Source: Carpediemonas membranifera BICM
Taxonomy: Eukaryota > Protista > Fornicata
Length of the DNA: 64,000 nucleotides
Assembly (NCBI GenBank): GCA_019828565.1
Contig: JAHDYR010000066.1
Span: 62,001 to 126,000, forward strand
Reading direction: 5' to 3'
A program made the translations under genes and the position numbers. This document shows, piece after piece, positions 22,720 through 33,061 of this stretch. The number at the start of each line of letters is the position of its first letter. The stretch's first letter is position 1. The notes under the pieces were generated by a model. The model saw nothing but the letters and a program-made list of their open reading frames with translations, did not search any database and was not told where the DNA came from.

Positions 22720-24147
22720 TCAGTCAGGCCCGAGCATATGGTCAGGGATCTTCCCACCCTGGGTACGCTTGAACTCCTCGAGGTTGGCACTAGTCAGCCC
22801 GACGTCCCACTTCGACGCCTCCAGCAGCTCCCGACAGTGCACCGTCCGCATCCCCGTCGCCGTCTTCAGCTGTCGCACGATCTCCTCCATGGCCGGCTGG
22901 GGCTGGGTCACAAACGGGTTCGCCGTGCTCGGGGCGGCCTTCGCCTCGGTCATCTGCCGGGCGAGCTCCCTGGTGACCTTGGGCTGGTACTCGCCCAACC
23001 TCAGCATGTCGTTTGTCACCATGAACTGCCCGCTCGACGCCGTCTGGGCGAGCACCAGCGTCCTGCTGAACATCCGGGTCACGCCCATGGACGTCTTAGG
23101 CTGCTCCAGGTACTTGCCCTCCACCAACACTGTGACGAGGTTCGGCTTCTGCTGCGTCGGACCCCGACCACTCACCGTGCGGAGGACGACCTCGACTTGA
23201 AGCGACTCCCCGGCGAACTGGGAACGCGGTAGCTGTCCGATGAGCTCGAGCACGGGCTGTCTACCCACCCTGAGCGCCTCGTCCGGCCCCATCGCGGCGT
23301 TCGTCGTCCCGTGGTTGACCACCGGCGACTGGTAGGCCTGCCACGTCGCCCTCGCCTGGGGACTGGCATGGGAGTCCTTGGAGGCGCCCTTCATGGCGTG
23401 GCGAGACGATGCCGGGGCTGGCAGGGTGGGCATGGTCGAGAGAGAGAAGTGGACGAACTCGTGGTACATGGACGCCAGCGTGCTGTTGCGGGCATCATAT
23501 GCAGTGAGGAAGGTCCGGACAAACGCAGTGACAGACGCGTTGTTCATCCTGTTCATCGACCCCGACGCTGCCGTCGACTTGTGCTCGATCTTGTGTACCA
23601 GACCCGGCGCGAGGTTGAGCCGGCCTGGGGGTAGCGGCTGTCCCTCCACAGTCCGCACAGACGTCATCTTGTGCGACACATAGGCCATGATCTCCTCCAG
23701 AGACAGCTTGGGCTCGATGGGGTTACGCTGGATCAAGAGGTTCGTAACCTGCGGCGCCTTCGAGAGGTGCTGCAGCTCGCCAAGGGAACGGATGTCGTTG
23801 TTGTTGAGAGAGATGTTCTGAAGCATAGGGAGCTGGCACAGGTCGCGCCACGGCTCCAGCGTGCGTATGTTGTTGCCCTCAAGGCTAATCGAGACAACGT
23901 TGCGGTATTGGTCACAGATGGCGCGTGTGAGGTTCATGACAAAGGTCCTATCCGTCGGATTGCTGCCCGAAAACTTCGTACGAAGGTTGGAAAGGTCTAG
24001 AAACCCGTCAGCGTGATTAAACAGCGATGGGAGCACCTGCTGGATTATTGCGGCATTTGAACCACTTCCTTGTTGCTTCTTAGATCCATGCCCGCGATTT
24101 GGTCCGCGATTCCTGCCTCCTCGGCCACTTCCACGATTATGCGCCAT
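22720..24147 (-). CDS. NXF1: mRNA export factor NXF1/Mex67
   Basis: RG-rich N-terminus, LRRs (LDLSNL, ISLEGNNI, ISLNNNDI), NTF2-like domain (FSRTLVL..VTNDML) and TAP-C UBA (TGMRTVHCRELLEASKWD). Confidence 0.9.
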   Translation of the reverse strand: MAHNRGSGRGGRNRGPNRGHGSKKQQGSGSNAAIIQQVLPSLFNHADGFLDLSNLRTKFSGSNPTDRTFVMNLTRAICDQYRNVVSISLEGNNIRTLEPWRDLCQLPMLQNISLNNNDIRSLGELQHLSKAPQVTNLLIQRNPIEPKLSLEEIMAYVSHKMTSVRTVEGQPLPPGRLNLAPGLVHKIEHKSTAASGSMNRMNNASVTAFVRTFLTAYDARNSTLASMYHEFVHFSLSTMPTLPAPASSRHAMKGASKDSHASPQARATWQAYQSPVVNHGTTNAAMGPDEALRVGRQPVLELIGQLPRSQFAGESLQVEVVLRTVSGRGPTQQKPNLVTVLVEGKYLEQPKTSMGVTRMFSRTLVLAQTASSGQFMVTNDMLRLGEYQPKVTRELARQMTEAKAAPSTANPFVTQPQPAMEEIVRQLKTATGMRTVHCRELLEASKWDVGLTSANLEEFKRTQGGKIPDHMLGPD

Positions 24148-24372
24148 TGTTCTTGCGAGAAAAAATGACTGCGCAGTTTAGTGACCTTCGCAGGCCGTGT
24201 GAGTGATGCCTATGGCATGCTTGATGGCTGATGGCCCGATTCGTGCTTTTTAGGCGACTGCGAGACCTGACAAAAACTGATACAGCGGCGGCGGCGGTGG
24301 GAAAGAAATGATGAAATTTACACGATAAGGCTAGCATGCATATGATACAGTAACAACAGGCCGGCAGCGCCC

Positions 24373-24666
24373 TCACGCCAAGCTACCGAGCCCAGCGAGC
24401 TCCTTGTCGGATGGGAGGGTGTTCTCAGCAGACCAGAGCCTTTCCTGCTCCAGAACCTCAGGGGGAACAATGGCTTGCAGCAGAATGGAGATATCAACCT
24501 CCTTTCCGTCCTCAAGACGAATAGCAGTGGGTATTCCGGTCTTTCCGCCGTCCATGGACGAAAGAGACTCCATCTCGCGAACATTCATCCGCGGGGGCTC
24601 AGCAATACGGAATGCTACATCCTCCTCTTGAGTATCGATGCGGGGAATGAATTCGGGGGCGGCCAT
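24373..24666 (-). CDS. IFT43: Intraflagellar transport protein 43 (short form)
   Basis: IP.ID..EED...IAEPP....R...LSSMD...EVDISILL.AIVP......W pattern resembles the conserved IFT43 C-terminal domain. Confidence 0.7.
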   Translation of the reverse strand: MAAPEFIPRIDTQEEDVAFRIAEPPRMNVREMESLSSMDGGKTGIPTAIRLEDGKEVDISILLQAIVPPEVLEQERLWSAENTLPSDKELAGLGSLA

Positions 24667-25261
24667 GGTTGAACTTGGAATTTGTGGTGCAGTTTAAGAA
24701 TGAATCAGTGTGGTGTTTAGAGGTTTATGCGGAGGATTCATGTAAAGGTGACTTAAGCTGTCGACCCCCCTGGGATGAACTCCAGAGGACTGAACAGGTT
24801 CAGTCTGACGGCCCACCTGTCGTACACCAGAAGGGTAGCGGACATGAGGGCGTCGGCGATTGTTTAGACTCAACAATTTTAATCCTGCGCAGCACACTAC
24901 CTCCACTCACCCACTTCAGCCCTCGTCTGTACCATCGGGCTGTCGTGCTTTCAGTCGTCGGTCTGCACGAAAAGATGCGTCGTCTGTCGTCCATCGTCTG
25001 TGTCGAACGCTGCTGTCTTCTTTCGCGTCTGTGCTCGTCTGTTACGCGCTCATCTGTCGTCCATTGCCGGCGTCTGAAGCTCATGTCGTCGTCGTCATCT
25101 TCGTCTGTTGTGAGAGAGAGACACTAGTGGTGGAAAGCGGTTGTAGCTGGTAGTAAAGACGCTTTGTGTTTTATGATGCTGGTTTCTTGTGTTTTGAGGG
25201 ATGCTGCTAGCTGATGAACCCTGAAAAGAAATGATCGATGCAGGCAGCTCAATAGACTCCA

Positions 25262-27165
25262 ATGCCTTCCAAGATATACACGGTGAAGGCTTCCGTTAAC
25301 AAGGCCATTTGCGAGATTAACGGCGGAGGCGATAACAACGCGCCGCGGCGAGGAAATCTTGAACCCGGCATGCGTTCTTTCACGCAGGCTAAGTACACAT
25401 TCACTTGCCTGCTTGCGTACGTCGCTGCATCTGCGCACGCGTTGACCCCACCTAGGACGGTCAACCTGTTCGACCAGGAGGTCCTCAAGCAGATCGTCAG
25501 CATTGCTCAGCAAAAGGTGTCGAAGGCAAAGGCAGCGGATCGGTGCAGGTGGATTGGCGATCTGGCGATGTGGAGGGACCCTGACATAACCCCATTCGTC
25601 CAGGACTTCGTCACGGCTTATAGCTACCTTGGCTTGTGCAAGCCATTTGACACCTGGTTGGGCGAGTACTCCACAGCCACCCGGGTCTGGCTCTCGCGCG
25701 CGTCACCCGGGTACATGACCCGTCTTCGTGCTGGATTAGAACGGGTGCGTCCGCTCCTCCATGATCAGCCGGGTGTTCGACAGGATTTTCTCGACACCCT
25801 AGGCGAGCTCGACACTGAGGTTGCCGCCATAGCCGCCGATCATGACAGGTATCATCCTCAAATGCATGCATCGCCCGAGGGGCAACGGGTGGGTCGCACT
25901 GGTACCGTGGCCGAGGCCCTTGTCGGCGTGCTGGCGTGCGTCACGCGCATGAGTGCTGCAGTGACCAAGCTGGTCACACTCACTCGTGCCGTGAACCTCG
26001 AGCTCAGTCAGGCCCTGCCAGAGCCGAAGCTCATTCCGTTCGTGCCGATGGCACCGGTCAAGCCTGGGTTCATGACCATCGAGCGCGGAGTAACAGCGCT
26101 CACCCCATCGATGAAGCGGCGCCTGCGTGTGCACGTGAATTGGTCAGCAACCAAGAATTTGACCGACGACCAGGTGGCTGAATACGAGCGTGATCACGGC
26201 GACATCACCAAGCTCCGCAGAGTGCTCTCTGTGAAGACAGACGGGGACTCTGCTGCTGTGACGGTTTGGGTGGGTCGCGAGAAATACCGTGGCGGTCGGG
26301 TGGCTGACCGGCCCACGTACAAAAAGGTAGCAGCAACAAGCGGGCTCGGCTCGGTCAGGACGACGCCGAGGCTAATCCTGCCCCGGACATTCAAGCTCTC
26401 ATGGGCTTCGACCCTGGTGCTCGGTCGCTGGGCGGCTACACGATCCGCCGCCCAGACGGGCAGAGTGTATCTGGCGTACTCGCTAAGTGTGGCTACACTG
26501 CCACCCCCTCTTTCCGCGTGAATATGAGCGCAGCATCGTTCAAAACGACAAGTCTAGAGGCTCTCAAACAGTCGATTAGGTTTGTCCATGAGAACATCGT
26601 TCAGATCATCAACGAGGGGACGAGAAAGTGTTTCCGCCATGCGACTTTTGCCAATCACTGTCTGCGCCAGAAGCACTTCGCCCGGGCTGGACGTAAACTC
26701 CTGGATGATCTCGGCGGGCGCCCCCCGGAGCCCATTCACCTCGAAGTCGCGTATGGGGCTGCACTGTTTGGTTCCGCCGGTACTCCCTCCTGTGCTCCGT
26801 ACCGCCACTTTGCTCGAGCTCTTCCTGGCATCATGCTCCGGCACAACGTCGTCGTGACTGTCACGATGGTCTCGGAATTCCGCACTTCCATCGTGTGCCC
26901 ATACTGCAAAGCACACTTCAGACGTGTGGTGCACACACCCCGCACCATGCTCTGCCAGAATCCCGCGTGCGAGGGAGCTCCATGGCGCGTTGAACGGCTA
27001 CGTCGGCATCCCGAGCAGAGAGACATACTTCTCAATCTCTCTCACCGAGATAAGAGCGCCAGCGAGAACATCCTTTGGTGCACCTACGATGCAACTTCAG
27101 ATCAGATAGAGCAATCTCCTTTTCACTACGACTCCCAGAGAGGTGCTCTTCCTCACTATCATTAA
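25262..27165 (+). CDS. Fanzor (eukaryotic TnpB-like RNA-guided nuclease), about 634 aa with one -1 frameshift near 26321-26325
   Basis: SVKTDG, GFDPG (RuvC-I), VAYG, SEFRTSIVCPYC, CQNPAC and HRDKSASENI (RuvC-III). ORFs 25262-26521 and 26401-27165 join if one A is added to the A5 run. Confidence 0.85.
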
Positions 27166-27312
27166 CTTGCTAAGTTGAGCAAGCACGCGCTGCAGCGGCG
27201 CGTGATATGCTGCGCACGATTGATAGAGTATGATGAACCACACTGCGATCCTGATGCTGCTTGGATCACTGTGTGTCTTTTGGACTCAAGTATTCTTATC
27301 CTGCGCAGCACA
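27166..27312 (+). ncRNA. Candidate Fanzor omega-RNA scaffold
   Basis: Lies between the Fanzor stop and the element end, with three stems: CTTGCT/AGCAAG (27166-27183), CACGCGC/GCGCGTG (27184-27204) and CACAC..GATCC/GGATC..GTGTG (27239-27275). Confidence 0.6.
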
Positions 27313-27535
27313 ATCAGGTGGGGGCTGCTTCGGCGGCCATCTAACCAGGCAACAAGTCACCTCATGCCGCGCGGGGCGCGGTTTTGCTGATGTTTAAGTG
27401 AGCGTGTATAAATTGAGTTTAAGAATGGACGGATGTAACAACGGTATGTGGTTTATGGTTCATTACAACGGTATGTGGTACTCGCCATGCCCCGGGTCAC
27501 TCTACCCATCCTATGTTCCATTTATATTGCCGGGC

Positions 27536-28210
27536 CTAGGCCGATTTCCCCGCCTTGCCCTTTGTGTCCTCCTCGATGAGGCTACCGCACGCAGTCCCGA
27601 GCTGAACCGCGTTCATAAACTGCTTGAATGCGAAGAGGGGGACTGAGATGACCCAGACGATGCGGTAAAAGGCGTTCTCGGGGAACCAGTAGAGCATGTA
27701 GAGACCGAGCAGGAAGGCCTCGTTGCCGAAGCACAAGGTCCACAGCACGGGCCGGCTGGTGTAGTACAGCCGCATCAGCGTGTTCATGATACCCTTGGAC
27801 GTGCCGACGTCCTTGTGGGAGACCTTGCCCAGGGCGAGGCTGGTGTACATCTGGATATAGTGGCTCGAGATATCCAGGGCAACGATGAGCTGGAGCAGCA
27901 GCGTCAGGTCAGGGCACATGCGGGCGAGGACGACGCAGAGGCAGGTGGTGCTGAACCGGTCGGTGACCATGTCGAGGCAGGCCCCAAAGCGGCTGGACTG
28001 GTTGAAGAGACGGGCAGCATAGCCGTCTATGCCGTCTGCCAGGAGGGAAAGGGAGTAATACCACAGGGCAGCCACTGGGCGCGTCGGCATAAGGTAGAAT
28101 GAGATGAAAGCGGTGATGATGCGCGCATAGCCAATAAGATTGGGCCAATATAGAAGAACTGGCGTCGCACGCTTCGATTGCGGTGAATTCGACGGCTGAT
28201 CGACGACCAT
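27536..28210 (-). CDS. PIS1: Phosphatidylinositol synthase (CDP-alcohol phosphotransferase)
   Basis: PNLIGYARI, DGIDGYAARLFNQSSRFGACLDMVTDR, LDISSH and GNEAF; could also start at 28261. Confidence 0.92.
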   Translation of the reverse strand: MVVDQPSNSPQSKRATPVLLYWPNLIGYARIITAFISFYLMPTRPVAALWYYSLSLLADGIDGYAARLFNQSSRFGACLDMVTDRFSTTCLCVVLARMCPDLTLLLQLIVALDISSHYIQMYTSLALGKVSHKDVGTSKGIMNTLMRLYYTSRPVLWTLCFGNEAFLLGLYMLYWFPENAFYRIVWVISVPLFAFKQFMNAVQLGTACGSLIEEDTKGKAGKSA

Positions 28211-28657
28211 GTGATGTTCACTGCTGTGACGAATAATCTGGCGCTCCGATTTTGGGGCCACAATCTGGCTGATCCAGGCCGGATGGGGCGTTGTTGCGGG
28301 GTCAAGCGTGTGTACCGGACATCTCTTGTTCTGCTATGGCTGTGGTGCTGGGTCGTGGTCCAGACCATCGTTGACTCCTTGTTGGGAGGATGAGTGGGGT
28401 ATGCAGGTATGGCATAAGGGAGAGTACTGGGCTATATGGCGTCGCCTGCCGCCAATGACAGCAGCATCAGTTCAACCACGCCACACCTTCTGGCCAACGA
28501 ATGATGACGATTATGCTGACAGCCTGGTCGATCCTGCCACACTTCCTCTCACTGAGCGAAGCGCGATCATGCCTCACACCATCCGATCCTCACCTCAGGT
28601 CGTCCTTGGCCCTGCCTTGCCACCTTGGGCAGGATAAGGTTATCGATTTCCCGCGGG

Positions 28658-29235
28658 ATGGGGATGGAGGATAGCTACTGCGAGTACACATCCAGCGAAT
28701 TCCAAGGGAGAGATATTAACATAGACCCGAATTTGACCGTTGCAACGTTCTTCGACTTCGAGGGGGCGAAGACAAGAAATGCTGCCCTTGAGCAGGAGAA
28801 TGTGGCCCTCCAGCGCGATGTATGACCTCCAATCTGCAGCTTACATAGAAAGAATCACTGGAAGCGAAGCTAGCTGAGCACATTCATGCAGCGAGCGAGG
28901 AGATCGAGTATTTGCGCAACGAGCGGCGGAAGCTGCAGGAGCTTCTGTCCGCCCCCTGCATCCAGGAGGAGCTGCAGACCGACTCGTTCGCCCCAGAACC
29001 CCCACGAGATGTCGACTTCTCCGCCCTCCCCGGCGACCAGCTCGTTCCGGCGTCCGAGCTGACCCAGGCGATAGAGGCGAGGGACACCGCGCAAAGCAAG
29101 GCTGAGAGAGTGCTGTCCATGTACAATGATCAGACGGACATGGTGCAGGAGCTCGACAGCGTGGCCAAGGCGAGGCTGGCCGAGATTGTAGACCTCAGGC
29201 GCCAGCTCGGGCTAAGGCATCCAATGTACAGCTGA
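28658..29235 (+). CDS. Coiled-coil hypothetical protein; intron 28820-28848
   Basis: A 29-nt GTATG..TTACATAG intron joins ORF 28625-28825 in frame to ORF 28912-29235. Confidence 0.65.
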
Positions 29236-29296
29236 GGCCAGGGACGTGTATTTATATGGACTGTATGTAACACGGGGTCGACTATAAGTAAATCTC

Positions 29297-30457
29297 TCAG
29301 TTGAGGAGCGCGCTGATGTTGTCAGGGTCGATGATGATGTCCTTCCCGAGCTCCTTCTGGAGGGCATTCATGCTGCTCCACTTCTTCATGCGGCCGACCG
29401 CGACCACCGCCATGATTGTGCAGAAACCGCCGACCACCATGCAGGATATGCCGAAGATGACGGCGACCGCGGTGGCGCCCAGGGTGAGCATGACGGTGCG
29501 GAAGGTCTCGTCCGGGGCAGCGGGGTCCTCGGCGTAGATCTTGATGACCGGCACGTTCACGTCCGTGTTGAGGCTCGCCTGGGCGTAGAACTGGCCTGCC
29601 TGACCGAGGGTGATGTTAGCACAGGGGAGCTGGACGGTCTCGCCCGCGACACAGATGGATGTGGGGTAGTAGTAGCGCTGCTCCGTCCGGCACTGGTCCC
29701 GGACCGAGATGAGCACGGCGTCGTTGTCGATTAGCTGCTTGCTGGTGGAGCTGATGCATACGTGGAACATCTTGTGGGGCTGGACGGTGTATCGGTTGTT
29801 CATGTACGTCATTGGCGACAGCACACCGTCGTCCCCGGCCTGGTACAGCGCTATACGGGGGTCTGCCGGGTGCGGCACGATCGTCGTGTTGCCCGGGATG
29901 GTCAGGAAGTAGATCTCCTGGCTCCCCGACTTCCACTGGTCCATGAGGAAGTAGTCCACCGTAGTAGTGCATCCGATATCATAGGTCGCCGTCCATACGT
30001 CGCCCGTCTCGTCGTAGGACCACACCGTGTCGTCGTGCCCTATGTACGACCAGGGACCCGTGAGGGGCGGGGTGAGGTGGGCGGCCGTGTGGGTGCGGTC
30101 ATAGTGACGCAGGAAGAACACAAAGGCCGTGGGAAGCGTGTCGCCAACAGTCACACCGGTGTTGTCGCAGAAACGGGCGAAGCAATCGAGCTTGCTGGGA
30201 GCAAGCGCCTCGTATCTGCGATCGTCAGTACGCGCAGCCCCACGGGGTCTACAGGTGAATTCTTTGACGTTGACCACTGCGGTGGATGCAATATCGGGTG
30301 TTTCTATGCTTTTCAGCGTGTCTAATGGGAGTTCATCGGTCAATGGAAGCGTTCGGTTGATAGGACTGCCGAGATCAAACGGGATCATGCCACTAGCCAT
30401 AGCTGAGCTGAAGTTAACAATGTAGAGCAGGAGAATGCTAACAACTAATTTGTGCAT
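29297..30457 (-). CDS. Type I membrane protein, hypothetical
   Basis: Signal-peptide-like MHKLVVSILLLYIV, Cys-containing ectodomain and C-terminal TM segment. Confidence 0.7.
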   Translation of the reverse strand: MHKLVVSILLLYIVNFSSAMASGMIPFDLGSPINRTLPLTDELPLDTLKSIETPDIASTAVVNVKEFTCRPRGAARTDDRRYEALAPSKLDCFARFCDNTGVTVGDTLPTAFVFFLRHYDRTHTAAHLTPPLTGPWSYIGHDDTVWSYDETGDVWTATYDIGCTTTVDYFLMDQWKSGSQEIYFLTIPGNTTIVPHPADPRIALYQAGDDGVLSPMTYMNNRYTVQPHKMFHVCISSTSKQLIDNDAVLISVRDQCRTEQRYYYPTSICVAGETVQLPCANITLGQAGQFYAQASLNTDVNVPVIKIYAEDPAAPDETFRTVMLTLGATAVAVIFGISCMVVGGFCTIMAVVAVGRMKKWSSMNALQKELGKDIIIDPDNISALLN

Positions 30458-30711
30458 GTGATGGTTCGCTGCCGCTTCTGCCGCGAGGCTTTGCGTAATT
30501 CGTGTAATCCACATTCCGTCTTCCTTGGACATGACAGGACTTGTTGGACAAGCAGCAGAAGTTTATGTTGGGCAACGCCAGACTTGACAAGAGTTGGCAG
30601 GCATCGGCCTCTAGCTCAGCAGACACTTGCAACAATGCCTCGGAAAGTACATTCTGAGACAGTCGACTGGCTTCAGCGCAGGTCAGCAGACTGTTGTCAT
30701 TGGTTTAATCT

Positions 30712-32770
30712 TTATTCAAGGGTCCATGCGACGGCCGTGCGGGAGGGGAGGTACGCCGCGAAGAAGTGGGCGGGGGCCCCGTCCTCGTGCTTCTCGCAGG
30801 GGTGGGTAAAGTGGCGCGTGTCCGCGGCAACACGGCAGTACCCGCCACACTCCTCGCCGTCGGAGTGCAGGGCGACGCGGTATGTGCCCGGCTGGAAGGC
30901 AGGGATGGTGACGTCCTGATACGAGTTCGACGCGTGCAGGTTGACCGCGAAGACGACGTTGCCGCGGCACCAAGCGATGATCTTGCGCTGGTTGTCGGTG
31001 AACGACACGTATTCTCGGTCTGACAGGAAGTTGGTGCTGCTCTCGAGTCCGATCAACTCCTTCTCGAAGGCGTACAGATGCTGGTACCGCAGCAGCTTGT
31101 CGTGTGCTAGCCCCCACTGTCTGCGGCAGTACTTGTAGCTCCAGCCGTTGCCGGTGCGGGGGAAGTCGATCCACTCGGGGTGCCCGAACTCATTGCCCAT
31201 GAACGTGAGATACGCCTCGCCTCCGAGACCGACCGTCAGGAAGCGGATGAGCTTGTGGAGGGCGATGCCGCGGTCGATGATGGGCGTGCGGGGCTGCAAG
31301 ACGGACATCTTCGTGTACATCTCGGCGTCCATGAGGCGGAATGCGATGGTCTTGTCGCCCACGAGCGCCTGGTCGTGGCACTCGGCGTAGACGACGTACT
31401 TCTCCTGCCACCGCCTGTTCTGGAGGGTGTAGGCGATGCTGCCGAGGTCCCAGTCCTCGTCGCGGGTCTCCTTGAGCAGCTTGATCCACATGTCTGGGAC
31501 AGCCATCGCCATGCGGTAGTCGAAGCCGACGCCGAGGTCACACACGGGAATACACAGCAGCGGCATGCCTGAGACGTCCTCCGCGACGGTGATGGCGGCG
31601 GGGTCGTTGGTGTGGATGAGTCTGTTGGCAAGCATCAGGTATACGAGTGCGTCCGAGTCGACAGTGTCGTTGAAGTACTCATGGTAGCCGCCACTGAAGC
31701 CGACGCCGACGCCGTGGTGGTGGTAGATCATCGAAGTGATCCCGTCAAACCGGAAGCCGTCGATCATGAAGTCGTTCTGCCAGTACGACAAGTTTGAGAG
31801 CAGGAAGCGCAGGGTCTCGACGTTCTGGTAGTTGAAGAGGCGGGAGTCCCAGAGAGGGTGGTCTCCCTTGGGAGGGGCGTGGAACAAGTGGTGCGAGGAC
31901 CCATCCCACTGGTTGAGCCCGTCGAGGACGTTCTTGCTGGCGTGGGAATGGACGAGATCCATGAGGACGACGAGGCCGCGGCTGTGGGCGGCGTCGATGA
32001 GGTAGCGCAGGTCGTCGGGCGTGCCGTGGCGGGAGGCGGGGGAGAAGAATGAAGTCACCTGATAGCCGAAGGAGGCGTAGTACGAGTGCTCCGCGAGGGC
32101 CATGACCTGGACGCAGTTATAGCCCAGGTCGGCGATGTAGGGCACCACGTTGTCCGCGAACTCGCGGTAGCTACCCACGCGCTCGGCGTCGCAGGCCATG
32201 CCGATGTGGACCTCGTAAATGCGGAGGGCGCCGTCAATCTTCGGCTTGGGGTGCTGGAAGCGGAAGGGCTGTGGCGGGTTCCAGAAGATCGAGTCCATGA
32301 CAGGGCTCCCGGGGAACTGGCGGGAGGCGAACGAGTACTGTGGGAGTCTGTCGACCTCCTCGCCACTCTCGGCACGAACGGCGACCTTGACGACGGACTC
32401 GTGCGGGATGGGGCAGCTGCCGTCGGTGTTGTTGGGGATGAAGACAGTCCAAGTGCCGAACATGTCCTTGGTCCCAACGTGCTGCGTGCGGTTCCAGCTG
32501 TTGAAGTCGCCGAAGATGGCCACGGACTGGGCGCAGGGAGCCCACTCTCGGTACATGACACCGTCGGTGACAACGTGAAGGCCGTACGTCTTGTAGCTAG
32601 GTCACACAATGATAATGTCGAACATACCTGTTGGCAAAAGCCACTAGCGCGTCAACACTGTCGTCTTGGTCCAGTGTTTTCGCGGCGTAGAAGATCTTGT
32701 TCATGGTCTCCTTATAGAGGTCCATGCGACGCTCTATATGCGGGCGGTAAGGCTCTAAGTATTTGTCCAT
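30712..32770 (-). CDS. GBE1: 1,4-alpha-glucan (glycogen) branching enzyme, GH13; intron 32597-32627
   Basis: YREWAP, HSYYASFGYQVT, GFRFDGITSM, AEDVSG, YAECHDQALVGDKT and FMGNEFGHPEWIDFPR. First exon MDKYLEPY is joined by a 31-nt intron. Confidence 0.95.
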
Positions 32771-33061
32771 CGTATTTAGGTAATTCCTTGGCGGGTTTTG
32801 GCCGTGTCAGCTCAACGAAATGCAGATCTTCCAACCTGCAACATGCCCACCAAAGCTAAAACAAGAGTGAGGTCAGGTGGGATTGGGAGACTGAGAGAAG
32901 CCTGCTGCCCGCCATTTTTTTATGAATCGATCTGATTTTGGCGGCATCTGGATTTGCCGGGCAGATCCCAGACGAATCCAGATCAAAAAAAGATTTTTGC
33001 CCGCCTCCAATCGTGTAACAACACCGCCCTGATCCAGCTGCAGGTGTTTATGTCAGTTGGC

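Larger units (their letters stand above)
24709..27312 (+). mobile_element. Fanzor-carrying element, family B (TGTG...CACA, 5-bp TSD ATCAG)
   Basis: ATCAG at 24704-24708 and 27313-27317, TGTG at 24709, CACA ending at 27312; 34-bp direct repeat 24863-24896 / 27279-27312 (29/34 identical). Confidence 0.75.

Noticed and set aside
24709-27312. Bacterial IS605/IS607 contamination
   Set aside because: No TnpA (Y1 or serine recombinase), the RuvC layout is Fanzor1-type, and the element has TSDs within intron-containing eukaryotic DNA
27438-27479. 15-bp tandem duplication ACAACGGTATGTGGT (27438-27452, 27465-27479)
   Set aside because: Two copies in a 3' intergenic region; most likely local slippage with no further structure
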